Source of the DNA: Deltaproteobacteria bacterium
GTDB taxonomy: Bacteria > Desulfobacterota > Desulfobulbia > Desulfobulbales > Desulfurivibrionaceae
Direction of reading: 5' to 3'
NCBI GenBank assembly: GCA_021811385.1
Contig: JAJZPC010000003.1
Coordinates: 3,263-67,262 of the forward strand
DNA: 64,000 nucleotides
Part shown: positions 28,478-37,023 of the stretch, in pieces
Layout: each line of letters opens with the position of its first letter
How positions within the stretch are numbered: position 1 is the stretch's first letter
Notes under the pieces: model-generated
What the model saw: only the letters and a program-made list of their open reading frames with translations
Databases searched by the model: none
Told to the model about the DNA's origin: nothing
Translations under genes and position numbers: made by a program

Positions 28478-28558
28478 TGGCAAGCTGGATTTTTTTGCTG
28501 CAATTCGGTGATTGCCCGCCCCTTGCAAATTCTTGCCAATTATAATATTTTTGTGCTA

Positions 28559-28593
28559 TATATATCCTATAAAAATACTTTGTGGGATATATA
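28559..28593. promoter_or_regulatory. inverted repeat, putative HipB-type operator
   Basis: TATATCC-N17-GGATATA immediately before the HTH start. Confidence 0.45.
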
Positions 28594-28931
28594 TGATACA
28601 AGAAAAAGACAGCAGCCTTCCTCTTCAGGCGAGACAGGCCATCTCGGAGCTGGGCGCCCGGATCAGGATTGCCAGAAAGCGGCGGTCCTTGACTATGGCG
28701 GATATGGCCTCCCGGATGTTTGTCAGCCGCAAAACCCTCTCCCGCCTGGAGAATGGCGACCCCGGGGTATCGCTGGCTGTTTTCGCCTCCGCGCTCTGGG
28801 TGCTGGGTCTTGAGAAAGACCTGCTTGAGGTGGCGGTTCCCGAACGCGACACGGTGGGAATCTTCCGGGAGCGGCAGCGCCTTCCCAAGCGGGTCCGGGC
28901 TTCCGCCAGCCGGGAAGACCTGGATTTTTAG
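28593..28931 (+). CDS. XRE HTH antitoxin (HipB-like)
   Basis: LGARIRIARKRR...SRKTLSRLENGDPGVS. Confidence 0.85.
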   Translation: MIQEKDSSLPLQARQAISELGARIRIARKRRSLTMADMASRMFVSRKTLSRLENGDPGVSLAVFASALWVLGLEKDLLEVAVPERDTVGIFRERQRLPKRVRASASREDLDF

Positions 28932-28942
28932 GGGAGACTCCC

Positions 28943-30181
28943 ATGGCCGCCCGAAAGCTCATTGTCTTCATCTATCTGCCCAATGAAACGGTTGCTGTGC
29001 CCGCCGGGGTATTCACCCATGACGACAGCCCCGGGCTTGGGGCTTTTGCCTATGGTCGCAGGTATGTCGAACGCGATAATGCCCTCCCTGTCGACCCGGT
29101 CAGTCTGCCCCTTGGCGGCCCGCCTCCTTCTGAGGTGCTCAGCAACGGCGGCATCTATGGGGCATTCCGGGACGCAGCCCCGGACTACTGGGGCAGGCTG
29201 GTCATTGCCGCCCAAGCGAAAGTCCCGCCGGAAGCGCTTTCGGAACTTGATTACCTGCTGGCCTCCAATGCGACGCGGGTCGGTAATCTTGACTTCCGCC
29301 TTTCCCCGGAAGACCCGGAGCCTTCGCTGCAACCGCCCCAATTCAATCAGCTTGCCGGGCTTATCGAGGCATCCGCCCGGATAGAGGCGGGCGAAAGGGC
29401 CGAGGAACATCTCCTCCAGCTTCTCCGGCAGGGCACCAGCATGGGCGGAGCGCGGCCGAAATGTACGGTTCTGTGGAACGAGGCGCTCTGGATCGCGAAA
29501 TTTCCGGCCCGGGGAGATTCCCTGAACATCCCTCGTATCGAATACGCCACCATGACCCTTGCCGGGTTGTGCGGGATAAAGATCCCCGAGATTGCCATCG
29601 TCACGGTTGGCGACAAGGATATTTTCCTTTCCCGCCGTTTTGACAGGGAAAAGGCCGGGGGCGGCTGGCTGCGGCGCGGGTTCGTGAGCGGCCTTTCCCT
29701 TCTGCAATGGGATGAAATGGATCGCTTGCGCTGGGGGTATCCCGAGATGGCCGATGGCATGCGGCGGCACATGGAGATCGGGGAAATCCAGGCGTTCTAC
29801 CGGCGGCTGATTTTCAATATCCTGGTGCGGAACACCGACGACCATCCCCGGAACCACGGTTTTCTGGTGGAACGCGGCGGACGGCTGATCCTTTCTCCGG
29901 CCTACGACATCGTGCCCTCCTTGGCGCTTCCCGGGGTTGGCAGTGATTTTCGGCTTGCCATGGCGATCGGCGAGCAGGGCAGGGAAGCTACTCTTGAAAA
30001 CGCCTTGAGCCGGGCCGCGCGATTTGGCTTGTCGGATAAGGAGGCGCGGGACATTGTCGGGCAACTTCTTGAAATCGTCTCCGGCTGGCGGGAGCATTTT
30101 GGGGAGTGCGGGGTATCGGGGCGCGATCTGGAGATGCTGGAACCATCGTTTTCTCGTTGCGCCAACGGGATGGCGGAATGA
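28943..30181 (+). CDS. hipA: HipA-family Ser/Thr kinase toxin
   Basis: DAAPDYWGR, SMGGARPK, RRFDR, NTDDHPRNHG, LSPAYD. Confidence 0.93.
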   Translation: MAARKLIVFIYLPNETVAVPAGVFTHDDSPGLGAFAYGRRYVERDNALPVDPVSLPLGGPPPSEVLSNGGIYGAFRDAAPDYWGRLVIAAQAKVPPEALSELDYLLASNATRVGNLDFRLSPEDPEPSLQPPQFNQLAGLIEASARIEAGERAEEHLLQLLRQGTSMGGARPKCTVLWNEALWIAKFPARGDSLNIPRIEYATMTLAGLCGIKIPEIAIVTVGDKDIFLSRRFDREKAGGGWLRRGFVSGLSLLQWDEMDRLRWGYPEMADGMRRHMEIGEIQAFYRRLIFNILVRNTDDHPRNHGFLVERGGRLILSPAYDIVPSLALPGVGSDFRLAMAIGEQGREATLENALSRAARFGLSDKEARDIVGQLLEIVSGWREHFGECGVSGRDLEMLEPSFSRCANGMAE

Positions 30182-30243
30182 GCCTGGGATCCGGGGCGTG
30201 TTCCGGTCTTGAAAAAACGGTGGCCAGCTGGTAGGGTGCGGCC

Positions 30244-30444
30244 ATGAAACTTCTTGTCACCGTGCTTGGTCTGGTTTTTATTTTGGAAGCGATTCCCTAT
30301 GTCCTCTTTCCCGAGGCCATGCAGCGGTGGCTGGCGCGAATCGGCCAGATGGACGCCGGGGCCTTGCGGGCCACGGGGTTGTTTGCCCTTGGCCTCGGCT
30401 TGCTGCTCTGCTATATCACCCAGCGCACCGGGCTTATTCCCTGA
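30244..30444 (+). CDS. DUF2065 membrane protein
   Basis: LGLVFILEAIPY-LFP...LRATG. Confidence 0.85.
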   Translation: MKLLVTVLGLVFILEAIPYVLFPEAMQRWLARIGQMDAGALRATGLFALGLGLLLCYITQRTGLIP

Positions 30445-30494
30445 CCGGAGCGCCACGCTTCCCTCATCCTCCTTTCTTCGTGTCACTCGCCCCA

Positions 30495-31613
30495 ATGGAA
30501 TCCATGACCAGCACCGCTGATTTTCTTCTTGCCTCCTACCACTTTGCCCTGCCCGAGGAGAATATCGCCCAGCATCCCCTTGCCCAACGTGATTCCTCGC
30601 GCCTCCTGGTGGTGGATTGTCCGGCCGGCGAGACCAGGGACCACCAATTTTCCGATATCTGCGACTATTTGGCGCCAGGGGATCTTCTGGTGGTCAACAA
30701 TACCCGGGTTTTCCCGGCCCGGTTGTTGGGCAGAAAGGAAACCGGAGGCAAGGCGGAGCTGTTGATTTTGCAATACCCGGCGCCGGAGCCAGGGGATGCT
30801 GGTGGAGGTGCGGATGGCTGGCAGCAGGCCGAGGTTGTGGGGTTGGTGAGAAGCGCCAAGCGGCCGCAGCCGGGAGGAAAGCTGCTTTTTTCGGAAAATC
30901 TGTTCGGCACGGTGCGGGAGTTGCTCCCCGACGGCAAGGTGCGGGTTGTCTTGCACTATCGGGGCGATCTGGCCGGGCTTTTGGAAGCGCACGGGCAATT
31001 GCCATTGCCTCCGTACATCCATCGGGGAGAAGGCCAGTCCGAGGAAGACCGGCAGCGGTACCAGACGGTCTATGCCGAAAATCCGGGCGCGGTGGCCGCT
31101 CCCACCGCAGGGCTCCATTTTACCCCCGAGCTGTTGGCGCGAATCCAGGCGCAAGGGGCGCGCATCGCCCAGGTCACGCTGCACGTCGGGTATGGCACCT
31201 TTGCCTCGGTGCGGGTCGAGGATATCCGCGAGCATGCGATCCATGCCGAATATCTCATGGTTTCCGAGGAAGCAGCCGCGCTGGTCAATGAAACAAAGGC
31301 AACAGGGGGGAGGGTCTGGGCGGTGGGCACCACCTCGGTGCGAGCCCTGGAGTTTGCCGCCGATCCCTCGGGGCGTGTTTCAGCCCGCAGCGGTTTTTGC
31401 GACCTGTACATCTATCCGGGCTTTCAGTTCCGGGTGGTGGACAACCTGATCACCAATTTTCATCTGCCGCGGTCATCCCTGCTTTTTCTGGTCAGCGCCT
31501 TGGTGGGACGGGAGCGGATTCTTGCGGCGTACGGGGAGGCGGTGGAGAAGGGGTACCGGTTTTACAGCTACGGGGATGCCATGGCCTTGATTGCCAGGCA
31601 TCCCCGCGGGTGA
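30495..31613 (+). CDS. queA: S-adenosylmethionine:tRNA ribosyltransferase-isomerase
   Basis: IAQHP, LPPYI, YQTVYA, AAPTAGLHFT, TLHVGYGTF, TNFHLPRS, FYSYGDAM. Confidence 0.97.
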   Translation: MESMTSTADFLLASYHFALPEENIAQHPLAQRDSSRLLVVDCPAGETRDHQFSDICDYLAPGDLLVVNNTRVFPARLLGRKETGGKAELLILQYPAPEPGDAGGGADGWQQAEVVGLVRSAKRPQPGGKLLFSENLFGTVRELLPDGKVRVVLHYRGDLAGLLEAHGQLPLPPYIHRGEGQSEEDRQRYQTVYAENPGAVAAPTAGLHFTPELLARIQAQGARIAQVTLHVGYGTFASVRVEDIREHAIHAEYLMVSEEAAALVNETKATGGRVWAVGTTSVRALEFAADPSGRVSARSGFCDLYIYPGFQFRVVDNLITNFHLPRSSLLFLVSALVGRERILAAYGEAVEKGYRFYSYGDAMALIARHPRG

Positions 31614-31615
31614 GA

Positions 31616-31885
31616 TCAGCCGCACTTGCAGGCGCAGCTTTCCTTGGCTGCGCAGGACGGGGCTGCGTCGGAGCTTGCCGCCTGGCAGGATGAGGCTGTT
31701 TTGCCGGTGCTGCTGTATCCGTCCGAGTACCATCCCCCGCCTTTCAACTGAAAGGAGCTCCGGGAGATGAGCTTCTTGAGGGCGCCCGTGCAGGCAGGGC
31801 AGGTGGTCAGCGGTTTGTCGGACAGGCTCTGCTGCGCTTCGATTATGTCCTGGCAGGCCTCACACTGGTATTCGTAGATAGGCAT
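31616..31885 (-). CDS. FmdB-family zinc ribbon protein
   Basis: MPIYEYQC-x2-C...CPAC...F-LKG-GWY. Confidence 0.92.
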   Translation of the reverse strand: MPIYEYQCEACQDIIEAQQSLSDKPLTTCPACTGALKKLISRSSFQLKGGGWYSDGYSSTGKTASSCQAASSDAAPSCAAKESCACKCG

Positions 31886-32124
31886 TTCTGGTCCCTCCGT
31901 TTTGAGTCCAGTACGGTTATAATGTTAAAAAAAAGTGCCGGAAACAGCGGGCTTCACTGTTTCTGGCGAAACATCTGCGAAAATACTCTATTTTACAGTA
32001 TGGCCATTCTTGGAAATGGGCTATAATTTAATGCTGGTTGTCTGATCTGTCAATGTCTTGCGATGGATTCCCCGGCGGGATGCGATGGCGGGCTTGTCCC
32101 GGAAGAAAAAAATGAGGAGCCGGC

Positions 32125-32448
32125 GTGCAGAGAATACTGATGGCCCAGGCCGGGCCGGGAATGGTTCTGGCCAAGGAAATTCTTAACCCCGAGGGGATGG
32201 TTCTTTGCGGGGCGGGAACGGAGCTGAGCGAGGCTCTGATCGAGCGCTTGATCAACATGGACGTGGTTGATGTCACGGTGGAAGGGCATCCCGTCAACAT
32301 CGAGGGGGAAAAGACCCTGCGGGAGGAATTGCAGGAGATTGATTCGCGCTTTCAGCGGGTTGAAGACATCGCGCCGCTCATGTATCTCAAGAAGCGGATT
32401 CAGGCAAGGCTGGCGGCCTCGCGGAGCTTGGGAGCCGGGAAGGAATAA
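32125..32448 (+). CDS. hypothetical protein (HD-GYP N-terminal-like module)
   Basis: PGMVLAKEI-x4-G-VL-x2-GTEL-x3-I-RL pattern; GAGGAG RBS. Confidence 0.7.
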   Translation: MQRILMAQAGPGMVLAKEILNPEGMVLCGAGTELSEALIERLINMDVVDVTVEGHPVNIEGEKTLREELQEIDSRFQRVEDIAPLMYLKKRIQARLAASRSLGAGKE

Positions 32449-32532
32449 TCAGCACATTTTTTTCAGCATCGTTACGGCCCGTTATGCCGTTCACGATGTT
32501 GCATTGTTACCGTAATTTCTGAATGGCGGCTT

Positions 32533-33402
32533 ATGATGGACGATCAAAAACGTGCCCAGTTTAAAAAGGTGCTTCGGGAGATAAAGAATCTGCCGACCCT
32601 GCCCGGAATCGTGGCCAAGCTGGGCAAGATGGCGGAGAATCCCGACACGACCACGGAGCAGATGGGCAGGGTGATCAGCAAGGACCACATCCTGGCCAGT
32701 AAGCTCCTCAAGCTGGTCAATTCGGCGTTCTACGGCTTTCCGCAGCGGATCAGTTCCCTGAACAGCGCCATTATTCTCCTGGGTTTTAATGTTATCAAGA
32801 GTTTGATTATCAGTGCCTCCATCTTTGAGGTTATGGAGTCGCAGGATGTGGAGTTGTGGGAGCATTCCCTGGGCTGCGCCGTGGTCTGTAACGTGCTGGC
32901 CCGACATCTGGGGGTGAAGGATCCGGAAGAGATCAGCACCGCCGGGCTTATCCATGATATCGGCAAGGTCGCCATCAAGATGGAGTTGCCCAAAGAGTAC
33001 CAGATGATCACGGAGCTGTCCCAAGAGAAACAGATCTCCAGGCTTGAGGCGGAACAGGAGATTCTGGGTCTTGATCATGCCGAGGTGGGGAGCTGGCTTG
33101 CCAAGAGCTGGAACCTGCCCAACAAGCTGGTCGAGCCCATAGCGTGCCATCATAATCCGCAACTTGCCAAGGAAGAGCAGCTGGCCAGCGCCATTGTTCA
33201 TTTCGCCAATATCATGATCCGGGGCCTCGGTTATGGCCATGCCGGAGATATCTGGGTGCCGCCGTTGAACAACAAGGCCTGGAAACTGCTGGGTCTTGCC
33301 CCCGCCGATATCGATCCGTTGCTGCAGGAAATCGAGGAAAAGCTTTGGGATGTGAAGGGCTTCAGTCTCGATATTCAGTCCAATCCGGAAGGCGCGGCAT
33401 GA
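32533..33402 (+). CDS. HDOD-domain protein
   Basis: LPTLP, LLKLVNSAFYG, LWEHS, GLIHDIGK, DHAEVG-x2-A-x-W-LP, HH. Confidence 0.92.
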   Translation: MMDDQKRAQFKKVLREIKNLPTLPGIVAKLGKMAENPDTTTEQMGRVISKDHILASKLLKLVNSAFYGFPQRISSLNSAIILLGFNVIKSLIISASIFEVMESQDVELWEHSLGCAVVCNVLARHLGVKDPEEISTAGLIHDIGKVAIKMELPKEYQMITELSQEKQISRLEAEQEILGLDHAEVGSWLAKSWNLPNKLVEPIACHHNPQLAKEEQLASAIVHFANIMIRGLGYGHAGDIWVPPLNNKAWKLLGLAPADIDPLLQEIEEKLWDVKGFSLDIQSNPEGAA

Positions 33403-33442
33403 GGATTTCCTCCGTTGTCCCGGTGTCCGAGGTGGAGCCCGG

Positions 33443-34372
33443 ATGTCTCGCGTCCTGATTGCAGGCGACGATTCGCTGATCATGCCGGAGTGCCGGCTGC
33501 TCCTTGACGCCAAGGGTTACACCCTGAAGCATTGCGGTAATCTGCATGATGCCTTGTCCCAGGTTTTGGAAGATCCGCCGGATCTGCTGGTGACGGCAAA
33601 GGGCTTTTCCGGCAAAAACGGCGATATCGAATTGATCCGGGCCGTGAAGGCCTGTCTGCAAAAGGCCAACATCCCCATCTTCTTGGTCGTTGACGAGAGC
33701 CAGCTCCAGGTTGAGCTGGACTGGGACAGTTATCCGGTGGATGACATCATCACCAGGCCGTTTACCCCCGAGGTTCTGCTTACCCGGATCCGCCTTGCCG
33801 AATCCCGCATGGCTCGGGCCTTTGACAACAACCCCCTCAGTCGGCTTCCCGGCAACACCTCGATTATCCGGGCCATTCAGCGGGTGCTCGGGGAACCGGA
33901 CGGCTATGCCGTCTGCTATGTGGATATCGACAATTTCAAGCCCTATAACGACCGGTATGGCTTTTCCCGGGGGGATGAGGTGATCCTCATGGTGGCCCGG
34001 GTCATGGTGAACGTGGTGGACGAGCTTGCCCGGAAAGGCAGCTTTGTCGGGCACATCGGCGGGGATGATTTTGTCTTTATCGTCCGGGAAGAGATGGTGG
34101 AGCCGGTCTGTAAAAAGATTCTGGCCAATTTCGATCTGGTGCGGAATATGTTTTTGAGCGCGGAAGACATTGCCGTCGGCGAGTTCGTCGGCCGTGACCG
34201 GCAGGACCGCGAGACGCGCTTTGGGCTTTTGAGTCTTTCCATTGCGGCGGTGACAACAGGAGGCGGCAAGTACACCCATTACGGCGAGGTTTCTTCTGTT
34301 GCTTCCCAGCTCAAGCATTGCGTCAAAAAAATGGATGGCAGCAACTATCTGATCGACCGGCGGGACACATAA
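33443..34372 (+). CDS. pseudo-receiver plus GGDEF-domain protein
   Basis: NPLSRLPGN, DIDNFKPYNDRYG, GHIGGDDF; receiver lacks the phospho-Asp. Confidence 0.88.
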   Translation: MSRVLIAGDDSLIMPECRLLLDAKGYTLKHCGNLHDALSQVLEDPPDLLVTAKGFSGKNGDIELIRAVKACLQKANIPIFLVVDESQLQVELDWDSYPVDDIITRPFTPEVLLTRIRLAESRMARAFDNNPLSRLPGNTSIIRAIQRVLGEPDGYAVCYVDIDNFKPYNDRYGFSRGDEVILMVARVMVNVVDELARKGSFVGHIGGDDFVFIVREEMVEPVCKKILANFDLVRNMFLSAEDIAVGEFVGRDRQDRETRFGLLSLSIAAVTTGGGKYTHYGEVSSVASQLKHCVKKMDGSNYLIDRRDT

Positions 34373-34666
34373 CAGTCGGTCTGTTGTAAGCAGGAACGCG
34401 GCTTTGTGTTGAAGCCGGATACACATGAGAAATGCAGCACCTGTGCCGGATGCGGATGCAGGTGCTTTTTTTTGTCCTGCTTGTTTTTGTTGGTGATGCA
34501 GAACCCCCGCGGAAGAAAACAGCGCGTTCATGACAAGCAATTTGTTTGGGTGGTAATTGTATCCTCTTGCTGTTGTTATAAAAAAAACTTGCTTTGCTAT
34601 TTGTTTTACGATACGTATTGATCTGTATGGTGTTTATTTGTAATGACCAATGGCGGAGGTGTGAAG

Positions 34667-35143
34667 ATGGGAAAATCGCTTGTCGAAATGGCTGCGGATC
34701 TGGTTCAATCGCAATGTGCAGCAAAGGCTATGAATACAGAGGAAATCACCCAGGCCTTGCAATCTACCTTTAATGCATTGCAGGTGTTGCAGGCCGGTGA
34801 AGCAAAAATACAGGCTGGAGTTTCTGAAGGAACTGCCGGAGTGGCAGCTGTTCCAGGAATGAGCCCGGAGAAATCCATCCAGAAAAATAAAATAGTCTGC
34901 ATGGAATGCGGGCAGGAATTCAAGATGCTGTCGCCAAAGCATCTGCGCTCCCACGGGTTGACCGGCAGGGAATACCGCTCGAAATGGGGCTTTCCCCTGC
35001 GGCAGCCTCTCTGCGCAAAGTCCCTTTCCGACCGGCGCAAGAAAGCCGGCAAGGACCGCGGTCTGCCGGAGAATTTGCGCAAGGCCATTGCCAAGCGCAA
35101 GAAAAACGGCCAGGCCAAGAAGGCGGGCGCCGAGAAGAAATAG
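34667..35143 (+). CDS. mucR: MucR/Ros-family nucleoid-associated regulator
   Basis: SI-x4-IVCMECG-x2-K-L-x2-HL-x2-HGLT-x2-YR-KWG. Confidence 0.9.
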   Translation: MGKSLVEMAADLVQSQCAAKAMNTEEITQALQSTFNALQVLQAGEAKIQAGVSEGTAGVAAVPGMSPEKSIQKNKIVCMECGQEFKMLSPKHLRSHGLTGREYRSKWGFPLRQPLCAKSLSDRRKKAGKDRGLPENLRKAIAKRKKNGQAKKAGAEKK

Positions 35144-35174
35144 CCCCCACCAGGGGTGTTTCGGTTGGTCCTTC

Positions 35175-35219
35175 AAAGAGGGCCTCCGGCCTGCGGGTCG
35201 GAGGCCCTCTTTTTTTTTT
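35175..35219 (+). terminator. intrinsic terminator after mucR
   Basis: AAAGAGGGCCTCCG...CGGAGGCCCTCTTTTTTTTTT. Confidence 0.8.
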
Positions 35220-35382
35220 CTCATGACGAGGCGCGGTTTTCTCCGTGACCCGGGGCGTGTTGCCGTCCAGCCAGGGATGGCTGTTGACTTTTTGCCGAAT
35301 ACGCAGCATAGTCCCGGTGTTTTTTTACATCGTGTCATGGGTGGTGTATAATCCACCTATTCCTTTTTTGTGTGAGACGAGC

Positions 35383-36195
35383 ATGATCGGTATTTTTGAT
35401 TCGGGCGTGGGCGGGATGACGGTGGCCAAGGCTGTTGAACAGCTGTTGCCGCAATACCGCATTGCCTATTTCGGCGACCTGGCCCGAACTCCCTATGGCT
35501 CCAAGAGCCCGGAGACCATTATCTCCTATGCCCGCCAGAATACGGAGTTTCTGCTCGGCCAGGGGGCGAAGATCATCGTCATCGCCTGCAATACCGCAGC
35601 CAGCGTGGCCTCCGAGATCCTGCAGCAGGAGTTTTCCGTGCCCATCTTCGAGGTTATCACTCCGGCGGTGAGCAAGGCCGTGGCCACCAGCCGTTCCGGC
35701 CACATCGGGGTGATCGGCACCCGGGCCACCATCAAGAGCGGGGTGTATGAGAAAAAGATCCTGGCCGAGCAGCCGGGATACACCGTCTATTCCCAGGCCT
35801 GCCCCCTCCTTGTTCCCCTGGTGGAGGAAGGCTGGCTGCACAAGCGGGAAACCAAGATGATCCTCCGCCGCTATCTCCAGCCGCTTCGGCTCAGGCAGGT
35901 GGATACCTTTGTTCTGGGCTGCACCCATTATCCGCTTTTAAAGGATCTGATTCAGCCGCGCATCGGCAAGCGGGTGACGATCATCGACTCTTCCGAAGTG
36001 GTGGCGGAAAGCGTGGCCCGTTTTCTGGAGGCCAATCCGGCCATCGCCCAGCAGCTCGAACTTGATGGGGAAAGTCATTATTATGTTTCCGATGTAACCG
36101 ATGCGGCCGTCGATATCGCCAGAAAGGTCTTTGGCCGGCCCATTCGTCTGGAAAAGGTTGCCTCGGATATTTTCAACAGGAGTCACTTGTCATGA
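35383..36195 (+). CDS. murI: glutamate racemase
   Basis: IGIFDSGVGG, PYGSKS, IACNTA, LGCTHYP. Confidence 0.97.
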   Translation: MIGIFDSGVGGMTVAKAVEQLLPQYRIAYFGDLARTPYGSKSPETIISYARQNTEFLLGQGAKIIVIACNTAASVASEILQQEFSVPIFEVITPAVSKAVATSRSGHIGVIGTRATIKSGVYEKKILAEQPGYTVYSQACPLLVPLVEEGWLHKRETKMILRRYLQPLRLRQVDTFVLGCTHYPLLKDLIQPRIGKRVTIIDSSEVVAESVARFLEANPAIAQQLELDGESHYYVSDVTDAAVDIARKVFGRPIRLEKVASDIFNRSHLS

Positions 36196-36866
36196 ACCGT
36201 ACTGCTTTTTTCGTTAAACCCTTGCTCGTCCTGTCGGTTGGTCTTCTGTTTTTGGCCGGTTTGCCCGGTTCGGGCCGTTGTGCCGCCCCGAGCCCACTGG
36301 AGCTGGCCCAGAAACTCCAGGCCCGCTATGAAGAAACCAAGACCATGACCGCCGATTTCAAGCAGTCGACCTCGGTGCCGATGACCACCCGCAAGCGGCT
36401 CGGCGCGGGCAAGGTGGTCATCTTCAAGCCCGGGCGGATCCGTTGGGATTACCAGACGCCGGATAAGCAGGTGCTGATCAGCGACGGCAAGAAGGTTTCC
36501 ATGTTTATCGCCAATTCAGCCCAGATGGTGGTGCAGCCGGTTTCGGAATATATCAACTCCGACGTCACCTATGCCTTCTTTGTCGGCACCGGGAATATCG
36601 TCCGCGATTTCAAGGTGTTGCCGCCGGAAAGGCAGGCGGATGCGAATCTCAAGGCGATCAAGCTCGTGCCCAAGACCGCGCATCCGCAGGTGGATTACCT
36701 CCATGTCTGGATCGACGAGAATTTCATGGTGCGGCGTCTGGAGATTGTCGACCATTTCGGCAGCATCACCGATCTGGCTTTTTCCAATATCACCCGCAAC
36801 GCACCGGTCTCGCCGGATGTTTTTGTCTTTACCCCGCCGCTAGGCACGGAAATCATCGAGCAATAA
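36192..36866 (+). CDS. lolA: outer membrane lipoprotein carrier LolA
   Basis: Signal peptide; ADFKQ, KPGRIRWDY, ISDGK, F-F-PP-G. Confidence 0.88.
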   Translation: MNRTAFFVKPLLVLSVGLLFLAGLPGSGRCAAPSPLELAQKLQARYEETKTMTADFKQSTSVPMTTRKRLGAGKVVIFKPGRIRWDYQTPDKQVLISDGKKVSMFIANSAQMVVQPVSEYINSDVTYAFFVGTGNIVRDFKVLPPERQADANLKAIKLVPKTAHPQVDYLHVWIDENFMVRRLEIVDHFGSITDLAFSNITRNAPVSPDVFVFTPPLGTEIIEQ

Positions 36867-36973
36867 AAAAACGCCCAGCAGCACCACATCTGCTTTGTCA
36901 TCGGCCTGCTCGTGTGCAATAGCACACTTCGCACGCCTCTTCCGCGCATCTGCGGCACTGCTGAACGTTTTTT
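36867..36973. repeat. about 107-bp palindromic intergenic repeat (copy 1)
   Basis: Near-identical to 59016-59121; self-complementary ends CAGCAG...CTGCTG. Confidence 0.85.
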
Positions 36974-37023
36974 GTTCTCCAAGTTGCCGAAATTTTAAGA
37001 CCTTTCGATTCTGAGCATCCAAG

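Noticed and set aside
11600-30200. Integron cassette array
   Set aside because: Some genes end in TAAC-like motifs, but no recurring attC (RYYYAAC...GTTRRRY) structure and no intI were found in the spacers
36695-36982. Similar short ORFs at 36695-36982 and 58970-59176 as a peptide family or RiPP precursor
   Set aside because: The similarity comes only from translating the non-coding palindromic repeat; both ORFs overlap real genes on the other strand
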